A stretch of 59,941 nt of DNA, counting the filler, from Stramenopiles sp. TOSAG23-6 (Eukaryota), in the NCBI GenBank assembly GCA_900128565.1. It is 11 parts of 11 records of this genome, joined end to end, with 100 filler letters (N's around TTAATTAATTAA, not from the genome) between each part and the next. Parts side by side here need not be neighbours in the genome. Positions count along the whole stretch, not along the records: positions 1 to 5,410 come from LT636912.1; positions 5,511 to 10,889 come from LT636913.1; positions 10,990 to 16,365 come from LT636914.1; 8 more parts are not named here. One strand, given 5' to 3'. How positions within the stretch are numbered: position 1 is the stretch's first letter; every line of letters begins with the position of its first letter. Positions 1 through 11,052 of this stretch are shown piece by piece. The notes beneath the pieces are model-generated. The model was not told the DNA's origin and did no database searches. It worked only from the letters and a program-made list of their open reading frames with translations. A program made the translations under genes and the position numbers.

Positions 1-1
1 A

Positions 2-1590
2 ATGCTTTCTGTCCACAAGGATTTAAGGCTGGGTAATACTGGATGGACATCCACAGGAATACAAACCAACATGCATGTAGATTGGCACAAGGATAAAGGT
101 AATGTCAAAGGATCACTTCAGGCAATCCTAGTAATTGGAGAATTCGAAGGTGGTATTCTTTCTGTGAAAAAGAATGATGGTTCTACTGAAGATATGTATG
201 TTTTATCCCACACTGTAGTACTTGAAAAATAATTTATCGAAAAGACAATTGTATCACCAGCTCAGTGGGTGATTTGAATTTTTTTTTGATTTTTTTTTGA
301 TTTCGAATTTTTTTTGTATGCAATTTTGTACCTAATGATTTTTTTTTAAATATTTTTCCAAAATACATTCAAACTGAAAATTTTATGTTGCTCATTGGGA
401 ACTTCGCCAAATTCGATCATATGGTCAGCAAGGTTACATCTGGGCGTCGAACAGTCTTTATTTTTTTCTTAAATGAAAAAATTAAGTTCTTTTCGGACAG
501 GTGCATGACGAGTATTTTGCAATTCTCTTTGCAAGATACTGCACAAATTCTTGAAACTCGAAAAAAACAAAGGGCACAACTACTTCAATTTTCGTACAAG
601 GACATCTTGCATCTTTTGGCTAAAAAGCGAAGTACAATGTCATTGAAACAATCCGAACAAATTCAGAAAGAAGCACAAACTGTATGTTTTATTTTTTTTA
701 ATTTTTAATTTTTTTTGTACGAAATTTTGTACCTAACAATTATTTTTTTGAAATATTTTTCCATCTTACATGAAGTACAAAAAGCAAACCAAATAAAGTG
801 CCAAGTTGGATTATCTTTTGATGAGAACAAAGCCCAGAGAAAATCATTACAAAAAATACTCCTAGCATTGAAAGCTATACAAAAAAGAGTATTTGATTTG
901 GAACCAGTGAAAAATCCTCGCGGCTCTGGTGGCTATATGAAACCACCAAAATGTGCAAGTCAATGTCAAATATCTCAACTTTCAAGGGATTTCAATCCTG
1001 TTTCAACTGAACCACAACTTTTCGATTCAAACAATCAGTGTCCACATCGGCATGATAAAGTTGTGTGTGAAAATTTGGATGGTCGATGCTGCGTAAATGA
1101 AGCCATCAATTATGCGTTGGGTGAAAAAAAATTTAAAAATAATGATGAAAATGTTGGTATTGAAGATATAATTAAAAAACTTCAACCAATGTTCCAACTT
1201 CGAAAGTTCAAGAAAAACAACAAAAAACAAAATACACTAAACGCTATTGTTCAGGCCAAAGGTCAAATTATTATTGCTCGAATAACAGTCAATGTAGCGA
1301 AATCATGTGTACCTGATCATCATTACATTGCATTCAACTCGTGGAATTCGGTATTATTTCTTGGTACTTCATATCCAATTATTTTCGTTGAAGACAATGA
1401 TAAAATCACAGACTTTGCTAAAAAATTGAAAAATGATTTCAATGAAATTGGGCACATAACCCATGCATTTACATTATATGTATCTGGACGCCATTTACAT
1501 CAGACAATGTATAATACCCCAGACGATGCTTTGTACAATAAACAATTGCGCTGGGGTGCAGCACCAACAAAAAGAGCGAAACTGCAATAA
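2..1590 (+). CDS. 5'-truncated spliced gene (exons <2-195, 369-681, 772-1590): 2OG-Fe(II) oxygenase-like domain followed by a possible papain/Josephin-like domain
   Basis: Removing introns 196-368 and 682-771 joins three ORFs in frame. Motifs WHKD (HxD), GEFEGG, FDHMV and GRRTVF (H...R) match 2OG-Fe(II) dioxygenases. Confidence 0.6.
196..368 (+). other. Non-canonical GT-AT intron (family member)
   Basis: gatAT|GTATGT...TTGTACCTAAT...AAATATTTTTCCAAAATACAT|t caa; restores the frame (D-I-Q-T-E-N-F-M). Confidence 0.7.
682..771 (+). other. Non-canonical GT-AT intron (family member)
   Basis: act|GTATGT...GTACGAAATTTTGTACCTAAC...CCATCTTACAT|gaa; removes an in-frame stop. Confidence 0.7.
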
Positions 1591-1849
1591 TTCACTCAAT
1601 AAGAAGCAACATTTTTTCAATTCCACCTAGTTAAGGGTAGTCTGAATGCTTAATTATTATATATAAATGATTTATATATATATATATTTTTGAGTGTATT
1701 AGTATGATATATATTCTATTTTCAATGTAAAACTTTTCTTCTTCTATTAATACTTTTTTTAATGAAGCCTCAAAAACATCAGTTCTCTAAAGCTAGTTGC
1801 TGACTATAGCCACACTGATACTATACTACTATTTTTTTTGTATTGGTCT

Positions 1850-2680
1850 TGGTGATGATTTGAAGTCTCGGTGATCATTTGAAGTCTCATTGATGATTTG
1901 AAGTCTCGTTGATGATTTGAAGTCTCGTTGATGATTTGAAGTCTCATTGATGATTTGAAGTCTCGTTGATGATTTAAAGTATCGGTGATCAATTGAAGTC
2001 TTGGTGATCAATTGAAGTATCGGTGATAGTTTGAAGTCTCGTTTTTTTATGATTTAAAGTCTCATTGATGATTTGAAGTCTCATTGATGATTTGAAGTCT
2101 CATTGATGATTTGAAGTCTCAGTGATAATTTGAAGTCTCGTTGATAATTTGAAGTCTCGTTGATAGTTTGAAGTCTCGGTGATCATTTGAAGTCTCGGTG
2201 ATCATTTGAAGTCTCGTTGATAGTTTGAAGTATCGGTTGTAATTTGAAGTCTCGGTGGTAATTTGAAGTATCGTTGATGTGATGATTTAAAGTCTCGGTG
2301 ATAGTTTGAAGTATCGTTGATGATTTAAAGTATCGGTGATAATTTGAAGTCTCGGTGGTAATTTGAAGTCTCGGTGGTAATTTGAAGTCTCGGTGNNNNN
2401 NNNNNNNNNNNNNNNNNNNNNNNNNNNNNNNNNNNNNNNNNNNNNNNNNNNNNNNNNNNNNNNNNNNNNNNNNNNNNNNNNNNNNNNNNNNNNNNNNNNN
2501 NNNNNNNNNNNNNNNNNNNNNNNNNNNNNNNNNNNNNNNNNNNNNNNNNNNNNNNNNNNGAAGTCTCATTGATGATTTAAAGTCTCATTGATAATTTGAA
2601 GTCTCAGTGATGATTTGAAGTCTCAGTGATATGATTTAAAGTCTCATAGATGATTTAAAGTATCGGTGATAATTTGAAGC
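1850..2680. repeat. 19-bp minisatellite (consensus ~TGATGATTTGAAGTCTCRT), interrupted by an N gap
   Basis: Dozens of head-to-tail degenerate copies, with no unique spacers. Confidence 0.9.
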
Positions 2681-2976
2681 ATGGCGTCGCAAGGCTTGGC
2701 GTGAGACCACTTCGCCTCCCCGCCCCTGTCCCATTACTCCGCGGTCACGTTTGTGCAGGGGCGGCGCATGTTGCGGACACCGACAGAGCTGTTGTTGTTC
2801 GTGAGGCGCGGTGGTGGCGAGTTGCCCCCGTTGCCGATCGAGTTTTAATTACGGATTCCGAAACAAAAGGGGCGAAAAAAATCAAAAACCAAACTCTTTG
2901 CTCAAATAGAAGCTCAAATAAAAGCTATAATCGTACTCTTTTTGTATCGCGGTTACATTGTTGTATCACGGTTACA

Positions 2977-3140
2977 TTGTCGAAACAAGAATACTTTGTC
3001 GAAACAAGAAAACTTTGTCGAAACAAGAATACTTTGTTGGATCACAGATACTTTGTTGAAACAAGAATACTTTGTTGAAACAAGAATACGTTTTTGAAAC
3101 AAGAATACGTTTTTGAATCGCGGATACTTTGTTGGATCAT
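2977..3140. repeat. Second 19-bp tandem repeat (~TTGTYGAAACAAGAATACT)
   Basis: About 8 degenerate tandem copies visible. Confidence 0.75.
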
Positions 3141-3580
3141 ACTCAAGTCGCTATGGAACTTACCAGTAAGTACATCCACTGAAGTCAGTAGGAAAGGATC
3201 GGATTGACTTAGGCGTCCTCTCTTTCCCAATTTTATCAGATTTCATTTGCACAGGAGTGCACATGAGTTGATTTCAATAGCATTTTTTATCAGATTTTGT
3301 TTGTATAGATGCCAATGTCGATCAAGCTTTGTCAAATAGAATTACTCCATTGTTTATGGCTTCACAGGAGGCTATGTAGCCGGATCAATACGACAACAAC
3401 AAATACTTTGNNNNNNNNNNNNNNNNNNNNNNNNNNNNNNNNNNNNNNNNNNNNNNNNNNNNNNNNNNNNNNNNNAAATTTAGAAATGGCATCCATGGGT
3501 CCCGGGTAACCAACGATCACTAAAATTAAAATCAAAAATGTAATATTATCTTTGTTTGGAAGAAAAAAATGAAAAAAGGA

Positions 3581-3652
3581 AGGTTTTGCCGGGAATCGAA
3601 CCCGGGTTGCCAGATTCAAAGTCTGGAGTAATGACCCCTATACCACAAAACC
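3581..3652 (-). tRNA. trnQ-UUG: tRNA-Gln (anticodon TTG)
   Basis: Reverse complement GGTTTTGTGGTATAGGGGTCATTACTCCAGACTTTGAATCTGGCAACCCGGGTTCGATTCCCGGCAAAACCT: acceptor stem, CCAGA/TCTGG anticodon stem, GTTCGATTC T-loop, and a downstream T-run. Confidence 0.95.
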
Positions 3653-5410
3653 TTGTGTTCACCACTGTTTTTGTTGTGTTGTATCCCTTTCTAAAGTATA
3701 TAAAGTTTTTCGTTTTCTTTTTTTTTATGCACCGGTTCACCAAAAAACGTTACCCGGTTCACCAAAAAAAAAGCAAACGAAAATAATTTGACTAATGTAA
3801 TTTTGGCCAACTACCACCACTAACCTCTCTCTCTCTCTTGTGCAACCATATGTTTCTCACTCTTTCAAAGTTATATAATTTCTTTTTTCTTTTTTTATCT
3901 TTTTTTGATAAAAAAAAATTACCCGGTTCACCAAAAAAAGCGAAAAAAATGACAAAAAATTATTGATCCGATATATTTGAGCTCAGAAATGAACACCAAC
4001 TACTATTAGTAGTAGGTACTACACAGGACGAGTGTCATTACAATACTACAGCGCCGAATTTGCCATCCACATATATACAGAGACTTGGACTGCCATCAAA
4101 TGCAAGACTGAAATTTGCTTTTCCAATACGCAAAGCTGCTCAATCTGAACTAATGTATAAAGGAAAATTTAACAGAGAGTACATTAAAAAAAGTTTCGGA
4201 GACAATGTCAACATCACAAACACATAGAAGGAAAACCATGTTCACTAAAGGCCATGTTGCTATTTTCCAGCACAATTCATTGTTTATAATGGATCATTCA
4301 AACGACATTTATGGAGAAAATGCGTTAATGCACTTCTTCATACTTGTGCTTGTCTAGAGGGTCAGCAGCCTGTAACAACAAAGACTGCAATTCAGGCAGC
4401 TTTGACTGACCAGTCCGTATATGTGTTTGGGACACTTTTAGATCATCTATATGTGCATTCACTAAAGGCTTCTGGACAACATAGTGATTGGCTCAACGTG
4501 TTGGAATTTTTTTATATCGCAATACTTTCTGTTCCGATCACCACATGTATTGGTGTTGAATCAATTTGGTAGTCTGTTATCCACAAAATCCAAAATCCTT
4601 GTCTATTAAAGGGCGGACGACTCATTGCAGATTTCGAATGAGCGTGAAGTGTTTTTTCAATATCCAAACAAAGTCAACCTGATGCTAATGCCAATGATAC
4701 TAATGGCAATAAAGGATTGATTCAAATTAATTTTTGAATAAAAACACAATACTTTGCCAGATTCATTTGGATTTGCTTCTGGAGACTGCGCACACATCTG
4801 GCAAGTTCGCGCTGTGATGGATTGGCGCCATCAAGGCCGAGATGGAGAACTTGGTGGAGCATGGTTGCTTTGAGTGGNNNNNNNCCAGGAGCTTACAAGA
4901 TTTGAGGGACCTGGGCGTGAAAGGTCAAGGCATGGGACAACAGGCTTCAGAAAGAAAATTCTTCAATTCAACAACACTCTTCTCTATTGCATGTGCAAAA
5001 AATACAGTCTCTACAATTTGCATAGAATTTAAACCACATTTCCAATACAGGGTATACTTTTAGAAAATGTAATTATAAATAGGTGGTATGGAACCAAAAA
5101 TAAAGATATTTATTGATTTTTATGTAAAGCTTTCTTCTTTTTCTTCTTTTCTCGCATTTCCTTGCACTGTAGAACTCTCATACGTTTTTTTATTTGACAT
5201 ATTAGTTCCCCAGCCTATCTTGTCAACAGTGTGGGCGCAATCCTAGAATATTATGGCAAACAGCCAACATCAAATCTACATTTAAGTATGAGTTCAAGGT
5301 ACCCTTTCAATTGTGGGTTCAATGCAAAGAAGAATTTATGTGCAAATGAAGGTCTTTGGACTTCATATGGACGTGGTAATTCGCATGACGAAGAAGTGAA
5401 ACGTATTCTA

Positions 5411-5510
5411 NNNNNNNNNNNNNNNNNNNNNNNNNNNNNNNNNNNNNNNNNNNNTTAATTAATTAANNNNNNNNNNNNNNNNNNNNNNNNNNNNNNNNNN
5501 NNNNNNNNNN
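5411..5510. other. Artificial contig spacer N-TTAATTAATTAA-N (recurs near 10934, 16410, 21886, 27359, 32800, 38240, 43678, 49114, 54550)
   Basis: Identical six-frame-stop linker inside N runs; the flanking contigs decrease steadily in length. Confidence 0.97.
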
Positions 5511-5565
5511 TTTCGTACCTAACGATTTTTTTAGATTTTTTTTTAAATATTTTTCCAAANTACAT

Positions 5566-6286
5566 TCCTGGAAAAGGTGATCCGATTGCTATCGATTGTG
5601 AATTTGTTGCACTAACAGAAGAAGAATATGAAGTTCAATCTGATGGTCGGCGTGTTTGTACACGTGAGGCCGACATGAGTTTAGGTCGAATGAGTATTTT
5701 AGATGGTCGTGGGGTCATGGTCGATAAATCCGCCAAAATGGAGAAAGAAATTGACGAAAACGGACAAATTGTTGAAAGAGCGGCTGTAGTGGGAAAACCA
5801 TTTATTGATGATTACATCATTACACCAGAGCCTGTTGTAGATTATCTTACAAAATTTTCTGGACTGGAACCTGGAGATTTAGATCCAGCCGTGTCCCGTC
5901 ATCATCTCATACCATTGAAAGCAGCCTATTTAAAACTTAGGCACTTAATCGAACGAGGTTGTGTTTTTGTGGGTCACGGTTTATTTAATGATTTTCGTGT
6001 TGCCAATATTTATGTACCACCACACCAAGTTCGTGATACTGTAGAATTATTTAAGTTACCCAATCGAAGATATATTTCACTTCGGTTCCTTGCAGCATAT
6101 TTTCTAAATATGAATATTCAATCAGATAACCATGACTCTGTTGATGATGCTCGAGCTGCTTTATTGTGTTATCAAAAGTACGAAGAATTAAGGGAAAATC
6201 GAACGTTGAACAAGACTCTGCGGGCTATGTACGCTCAAGGGAAGGCTAGCAAGTGGAAGAATGCAAATGGCATTGCCATTACATAA
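5566..6286 (+). CDS. PAN2: PAN2 poly(A) nuclease, last exon (DEDD exonuclease domain)
   Basis: IAIDCEFV, PFIDDYI, VVDYLTKFSG, YLKLRHL, FVGHGL.NDFR and HDSVDDARAAL motifs. The exon follows a family intron end (...TACAT). Confidence 0.9.
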
Positions 6287-6458
6287 TAAGTGTAATGATG
6301 TCGTATTATTATATTAAGAAACATTAAAATTATTATCCCGAATATAAAAAAATTCAGAGAAATAAAAATAACAATTACAAGTATTTAAAATAGAACTTTA
6401 TATTCACTATTACCTTATTATTTAAAATCCTGTATAATCTTTCACAGAGCTCCAGATT

Positions 6459-8290
6459 CTATAATGGAGAGAATAGCCCAGTACATGTATTGTCAAAAAC
6501 AATTTTTTTTTGGTGTACAAAACCAATTGTTAGGTAAGAAAATTTTCTATGAAAAAAAAATGTAGGAAAAAAAAAAAAAAAGGAAAACGAACAGTTCAAT
6601 ATTCCATTACAAAATTCATTATAATCAAGTATACCATTTTTGTTTGTATCTAATTCATTTATAAGCGCTGTGAATTCTTCAGGAATTAATTTGACTCCCA
6701 TATCATTCAAAAGCCATAATAATTCTTCCGCCTCAATGCCACCACATAATTAGTGTAACAATATGTCAAATTCAAAATTCGTTAGTAATTACAAAAAGCA
6801 TTTTACATTGAATATTTGAAATGAATGATAGGAACGTGCTCCTATCTTTGTCCAAATCCAAGAAAGCTTGTCTCATACTCGTATATTTTACATGTATTGT
6901 CAAAAAATATTTCAAAACATTTAAATGTAGTTAGACAGTACAAAATTTCGTACGAAAAACCAAAAAAAAAAATAATGAAGAGAAAAAGACAAGGTACATG
7001 AAGTTTACGATTCATTGCTTTTAATGTTTTGAGGGTAGTTTGATTTTTATTTGAAAGTTCCATGATTTGAGGAGAATATTTTTTTATGTCGTTTGCTGGA
7101 TAGCCTCCCATAACAGCAATGAATTCGTTATAGTTGATCAAACCATTTTTATTCGTATCAATTAGTTTCAAAAGTGTATCCTCTTGTTTTTTATCAAGAC
7201 CAAAATCAAATCTAGAAATCGCAGAGAGAAATTCGGAAGTTGTTATATATCCGCTTTTATTCGCATCAAAAGATCGGAAAGCATATCTTGAAAAAACATA
7301 TTTAAAATTCGGAATTTGTTAGGTATGGAATGGAATTTGGTATAAAAAGCCCAAAAAAAAAAATTGCACAAAAAAAAAACATACATCTCGCAGNTGAAAC
7401 CATTTTCTGTACACCCAATTTGAAACTGTACACATGTATAAAGAAAAAATATCTCAAATTTGAAATTCGTAAAAAAAATCTATAAATAATGTACTACAGT
7501 ATGCTATCCCACTGAAATTGGGTTGTGAAAAGTTCAGAATTTTTTTTGTCAGGTACGAAATTTCGTTAGAAAAAATTCGAAATTGAAATTACATCACACC
7601 CCAAGCCCAAAGTTTTTGATCTTCTTTTAATACTAAATCGTTAGAATCAGAAAAGGCTTCCAGCATTAGTTTTGTACCCTTCGAAGAAATTACACGTTTT
7701 ATCCGTCTTTGTTGAGTTTGTAGTTCTCTTTTTTGTTCCCAGAGTCTTCTGGTGGTGAGAATGATGAGGTTCTGTTTTTCAGGAAATTTATATTCCCAAA
7801 GAGATCGATTAGGCATGAGAATTTCCTTTGTCTGGGGTACAACCAAATGATAGCATGATGGATAATTAATACAATTTGGTGCATTCCAATTAGTTTGTGA
7901 AATTAATCGAGCCTTAATAGTTTCAGAAGTATCAGAAGGTTTAAACAAACCAACACAACTACCTTTGGTTGTTTTTACAGTTATATAGTAACTTCGACCT
8001 TCAGCATCTCTACGAGAAAGATTCCTGGATTCATTTAAACGATTCTTATCCGTAGTTATAAGCAATATAGAATTATCTTTTGAAAGATGGAGTTTACCGA
8101 GAGCACAATTATCTAGAATCCGCCTTCCACCAAGGGCCAAAAAATAGCAACTTGGGAATTGAAGAAAGTTTGGACCACCAATAGCCTTTACTTCTTGTCG
8201 TAGTGTCTCCTTGAGCATACCTACAGTACTTGATGAAGCACCCTGTATAGTGTATACATCTCCTTCTTGTGTTGCCAATTTTAGGCGCAT
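6459..8290 (-). CDS. Protein with N-terminal ubiquitin-like domains and multiple EF-hands; 6 introns (7518-7597, 7434-7497, 7283-7384, 6892-6997, 6746-6839, 6485-6592)
   Basis: Splicing gives LRD|AFRSFDANKSGYIT, DTNKNGLINYNEF, DLDKDRS|GGIEAEE and DTNKNGILDYNEF EF-hand loops. The N-terminus has Ub-like repeats (STVGMLKETL...GRRILDN; SDTSETIKARL). Confidence 0.7.
6746..6839 (-). other. GC-AT intron splitting an EF-hand loop
   Basis: agg a|GCACGT...TTACTAAC...CACTAATTAT|gt ggt restores the 12-residue loop DKDRSGGIEAEE. Confidence 0.7.
7283..7384 (-). other. GT-AT intron (family member)
   Basis: cga gAT|GTATGT...ATACCTAAC...TTCAAGATAT|gct ttc gives LRDAFRSFD; the nearby AG would shift the frame. 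Confidence 0.72.
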
Positions 8291-8583
8291 GGTCCTCACA
8301 AAATTTGGCATAATGTGAGTCAAGTGACTAAAAAAAATCAATTTTTTTATGATATCAGATCAGTGTTGATGAATACTAATTTAATTTTGATTTGATAGAA
8401 TTTTCTGATTCAAAATTTTTTCGTTTGATTAGTAGTACCGGGTAGCTAATTAAATANTANTTTTTTTAATTTTTGAAGCTCTGGACTGCACTGGCTTTAT
8501 ACGTATCAATTGGCTTTATTTTGTACTATTATTTGTTTTTGGTTCCTCGTGTGTAGCCAAAACTGCGCCCCGTTACACTGAAA

Positions 8584-9354
8584 ATGAAATACATGCTCGT
8601 ACTATGCTTACATCTACTCAATGTAACTGCTGTTATGGGTGCGGATATGTTGAACAATGGTGAACACGAAGGAAATAGTACGTTACGTCACTCGTCTGGT
8701 ACTCTTCCTGAAGCTACGCAACTTATTGAAGAACTTCAATTTGCACTGTTATTTGAAGAACCAGGAAATTTGCTGAAATATAATAAAGAGCCATTTTTGG
8801 GAACTACTAAAGATGATGGNTTTNTAGAAGGATCGTCTGAGGAATCGACTGGTGATGAAGGNTATGTATCGGAACAATTTTTGCTAGAAAAAGTGCCTGA
8901 AGAAATGCGTGATGATGAAGCAACTGTATTGGATGCCGTTAGAATTGATGGATATGAACTTGAATTTGCCTCAGATAGGCTACGGGATAACGATAAGATT
9001 GTATTGGAAGCAATTTTAAGTTACGCATTTTCTATTCAATACGCATCAAAGAGGCTCCGTAATAACAAAAAAATTGCTTCTGTTGCTGTTGAGTATCCAG
9101 GTCTTATACTCCAATATGTGTCGGAAGCGTTACGTGATGACCACCAGATAGTAGAGACTGCTGTTAGACACTGGGGAGGTAACCTTGAAGATGCATCGGA
9201 TAATCTGCGGGACAATAGAGAAATCGTCCTGATTGCCATAGAAGAAAACCCATGGGCTCTCATGTATGCATCAGAAAGATTGCGGGGAGAAAAAGAAATT
9301 GTAGATGCTGCAGTTAACAAAATTCCGCACACTAAACAATACTCACTACTATAA
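8584..9354 (+). CDS. DUF4116-repeat protein with a putative signal peptide
   Basis: Repeats of L.YAS.RLR.(D/N).EIVL.AV; hydrophobic N-terminus. Confidence 0.8.
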   Translation: MKYMLVLCLHLLNVTAVMGADMLNNGEHEGNSTLRHSSGTLPEATQLIEELQFALLFEEPGNLLKYNKEPFLGTTKDDXFXEGSSEESTGDEXYVSEQFLLEKVPEEMRDDEATVLDAVRIDGYELEFASDRLRDNDKIVLEAILSYAFSIQYASKRLRNNKKIASVAVEYPGLILQYVSEALRDDHQIVETAVRHWGGNLEDASDNLRDNREIVLIAIEENPWALMYASERLRGEKEIVDAAVNKIPHTKQYSLL

Positions 9355-9390
9355 AAAAATCATAAAACTTCCCATTTATTTAATAGTTCA

Positions 9391-10813
9391 TCAGTCTTCT
9401 TTCCCACCTGCACCAAAATGAATACATGTTTTGATTAATTGTCTCATATGCTTTATAGAGGATAACACCTTTACAGAAATATGATCCTCTTCATGAACAA
9501 TTTTTTCTGTGCAATCATTCGTAGGGTTGGGGTTTAATTTCTTTTCAACCACAACGGAATCCAACTCTTTTATTTTCTGTAATTGTTTCACGCAGTGTTT
9601 ATCTAATTGTTGTAATGTTTTGTCCATTTCGTTTTTTCCTTGCCATGAGTCGAAAATATTCCATTCTTTCTGTGCATTAACAAATCTACGCAATAAATCT
9701 AAAATTCTTATTCTTTCTATTTCATTTTCATCAGTCGTCTCATTAGGGCAAATGTTTCTATCTTGAGACAAAGTAGACCATGAAAATTGCAACCGTATAG
9801 AGGATTCTGCTATAGATAGCAATGTACTGTCTACCAAAGAAAGTCCGATAAGCCATAAGATATCGGCGTGTATTGATATTCTTTGTTTTCGATCTTCAGT
9901 CATTACAGTAGGGTTAGGGCTATGATGCACAAGATTCAAAGGGACGTCAATGTTATCAATCAAATAATTACTTGCCTTATGAATATCATTCACCATATTT
10001 AGAAAATTGGGAATGCGAGCAATAAAGGATCTGCAGGTACTATTTGACAGTATTGAATACAATAACACTCTCTCTATACCAATTCCAATATTTGCAACAG
10101 TAAACGCTTTCTTTATATCATTTTCACTGATATTTGCAACAGTAAAAGCTTTCTTTATATCGTTCTTTGTCACTAAATTAATTTTCTGATTCATTTCATC
10201 AAAATTATTGGCATCTGAAACCTGAGTATTCTTCCTCTTTAACAGCTCTTTAAAATACTTGTCAATAAATCCAAATATACAAACAATTTCTCGTAAAATA
10301 CCTAGATCTGATATTTCTTTCGCAAAGTATGTATTGTAAAAAAATTTAAAAAAACAAAAGTTGTCAGGTACAAAATTTTCATCGTAAAAAAAAATGATGA
10401 AAACTCAAAACGTAAAAATCTTAAGTACACAATTTCGTACGAAAAAAAAAAAACATACATGAAACTCGTGAACAATGTGACAGTAATAGCATCCATGATG
10501 TCCAAGAAGACTCGAATCCAGTACAAAATGTATTAGACGTAGAGCTTCTAATAAATTTTGATACTAGCGACAGTAGCGTTCTAAAATTTATCTTTTCAAA
10601 AAAAATGTCATCATATTTTTCACATTTCTCAAAATTGGGTAAAATCAAACCGGTCATGTCGGACTCCACATTCACTGTTTTTGTATTTATTAATTTAAAG
10701 ACTTCTGTAGAGATAGTGCGTACCATACCACCATGGTGGTACTTTCTGAAAGACTCTCCTGATGCGACTGAGGAAAGAAAGTGTACCTTACTGATGTTTG
10801 ATTCTAAAGCTTG
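9391..10813 (-). CDS. 5'-truncated hypothetical protein (exons 10813-10459 and 10328-9391)
   Basis: GT-AT intron 10329-10458 (tcAT|GTATGT...ACAATACAT|ac) joins ORFs 10421-10726 and 9391-10194 in frame. An upstream family intron ends ...CACAATACTT at 10814. Confidence 0.65.
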
Positions 10814-11052
10814 AAGTATTGTGAAGAAATATTGAAAAAAAAAAAATGTTAGGTACGAAATTTACTATGAAAAAATATTTATGTATACTNNNNNNNNNNN
10901 NNNNNNNNNNNNNNNNNNNNNNNNNNNNNNNNNTTAATTAATTAANNNNNNNNNNNNNNNNNNNNNNNNNNNNNNNNNNNNNNNNNNNNACGAAATTTTG
11001 TACCTAACAATTTTTTTTAGATTTTTTTTTGAAATATTTTTTCAAAATACAT

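Noticed and set aside
1850-2680. CRISPR-like array
   Set aside because: Contiguous degenerate 19-mers with no unique spacers, no cas genes, and a eukaryotic context.
3980-5410. Possible gene or transposon remnant
   Set aside because: Only short, stop-interrupted frames with no recognisable motif.
7434-7597. Stop-codon reassignment as an explanation for the broken ORFs
   Set aside because: All interruptions are explained by introns. TAA, TAG and TGA each terminate conserved genes normally, and the tRNA-Gln has a standard TTG anticodon.
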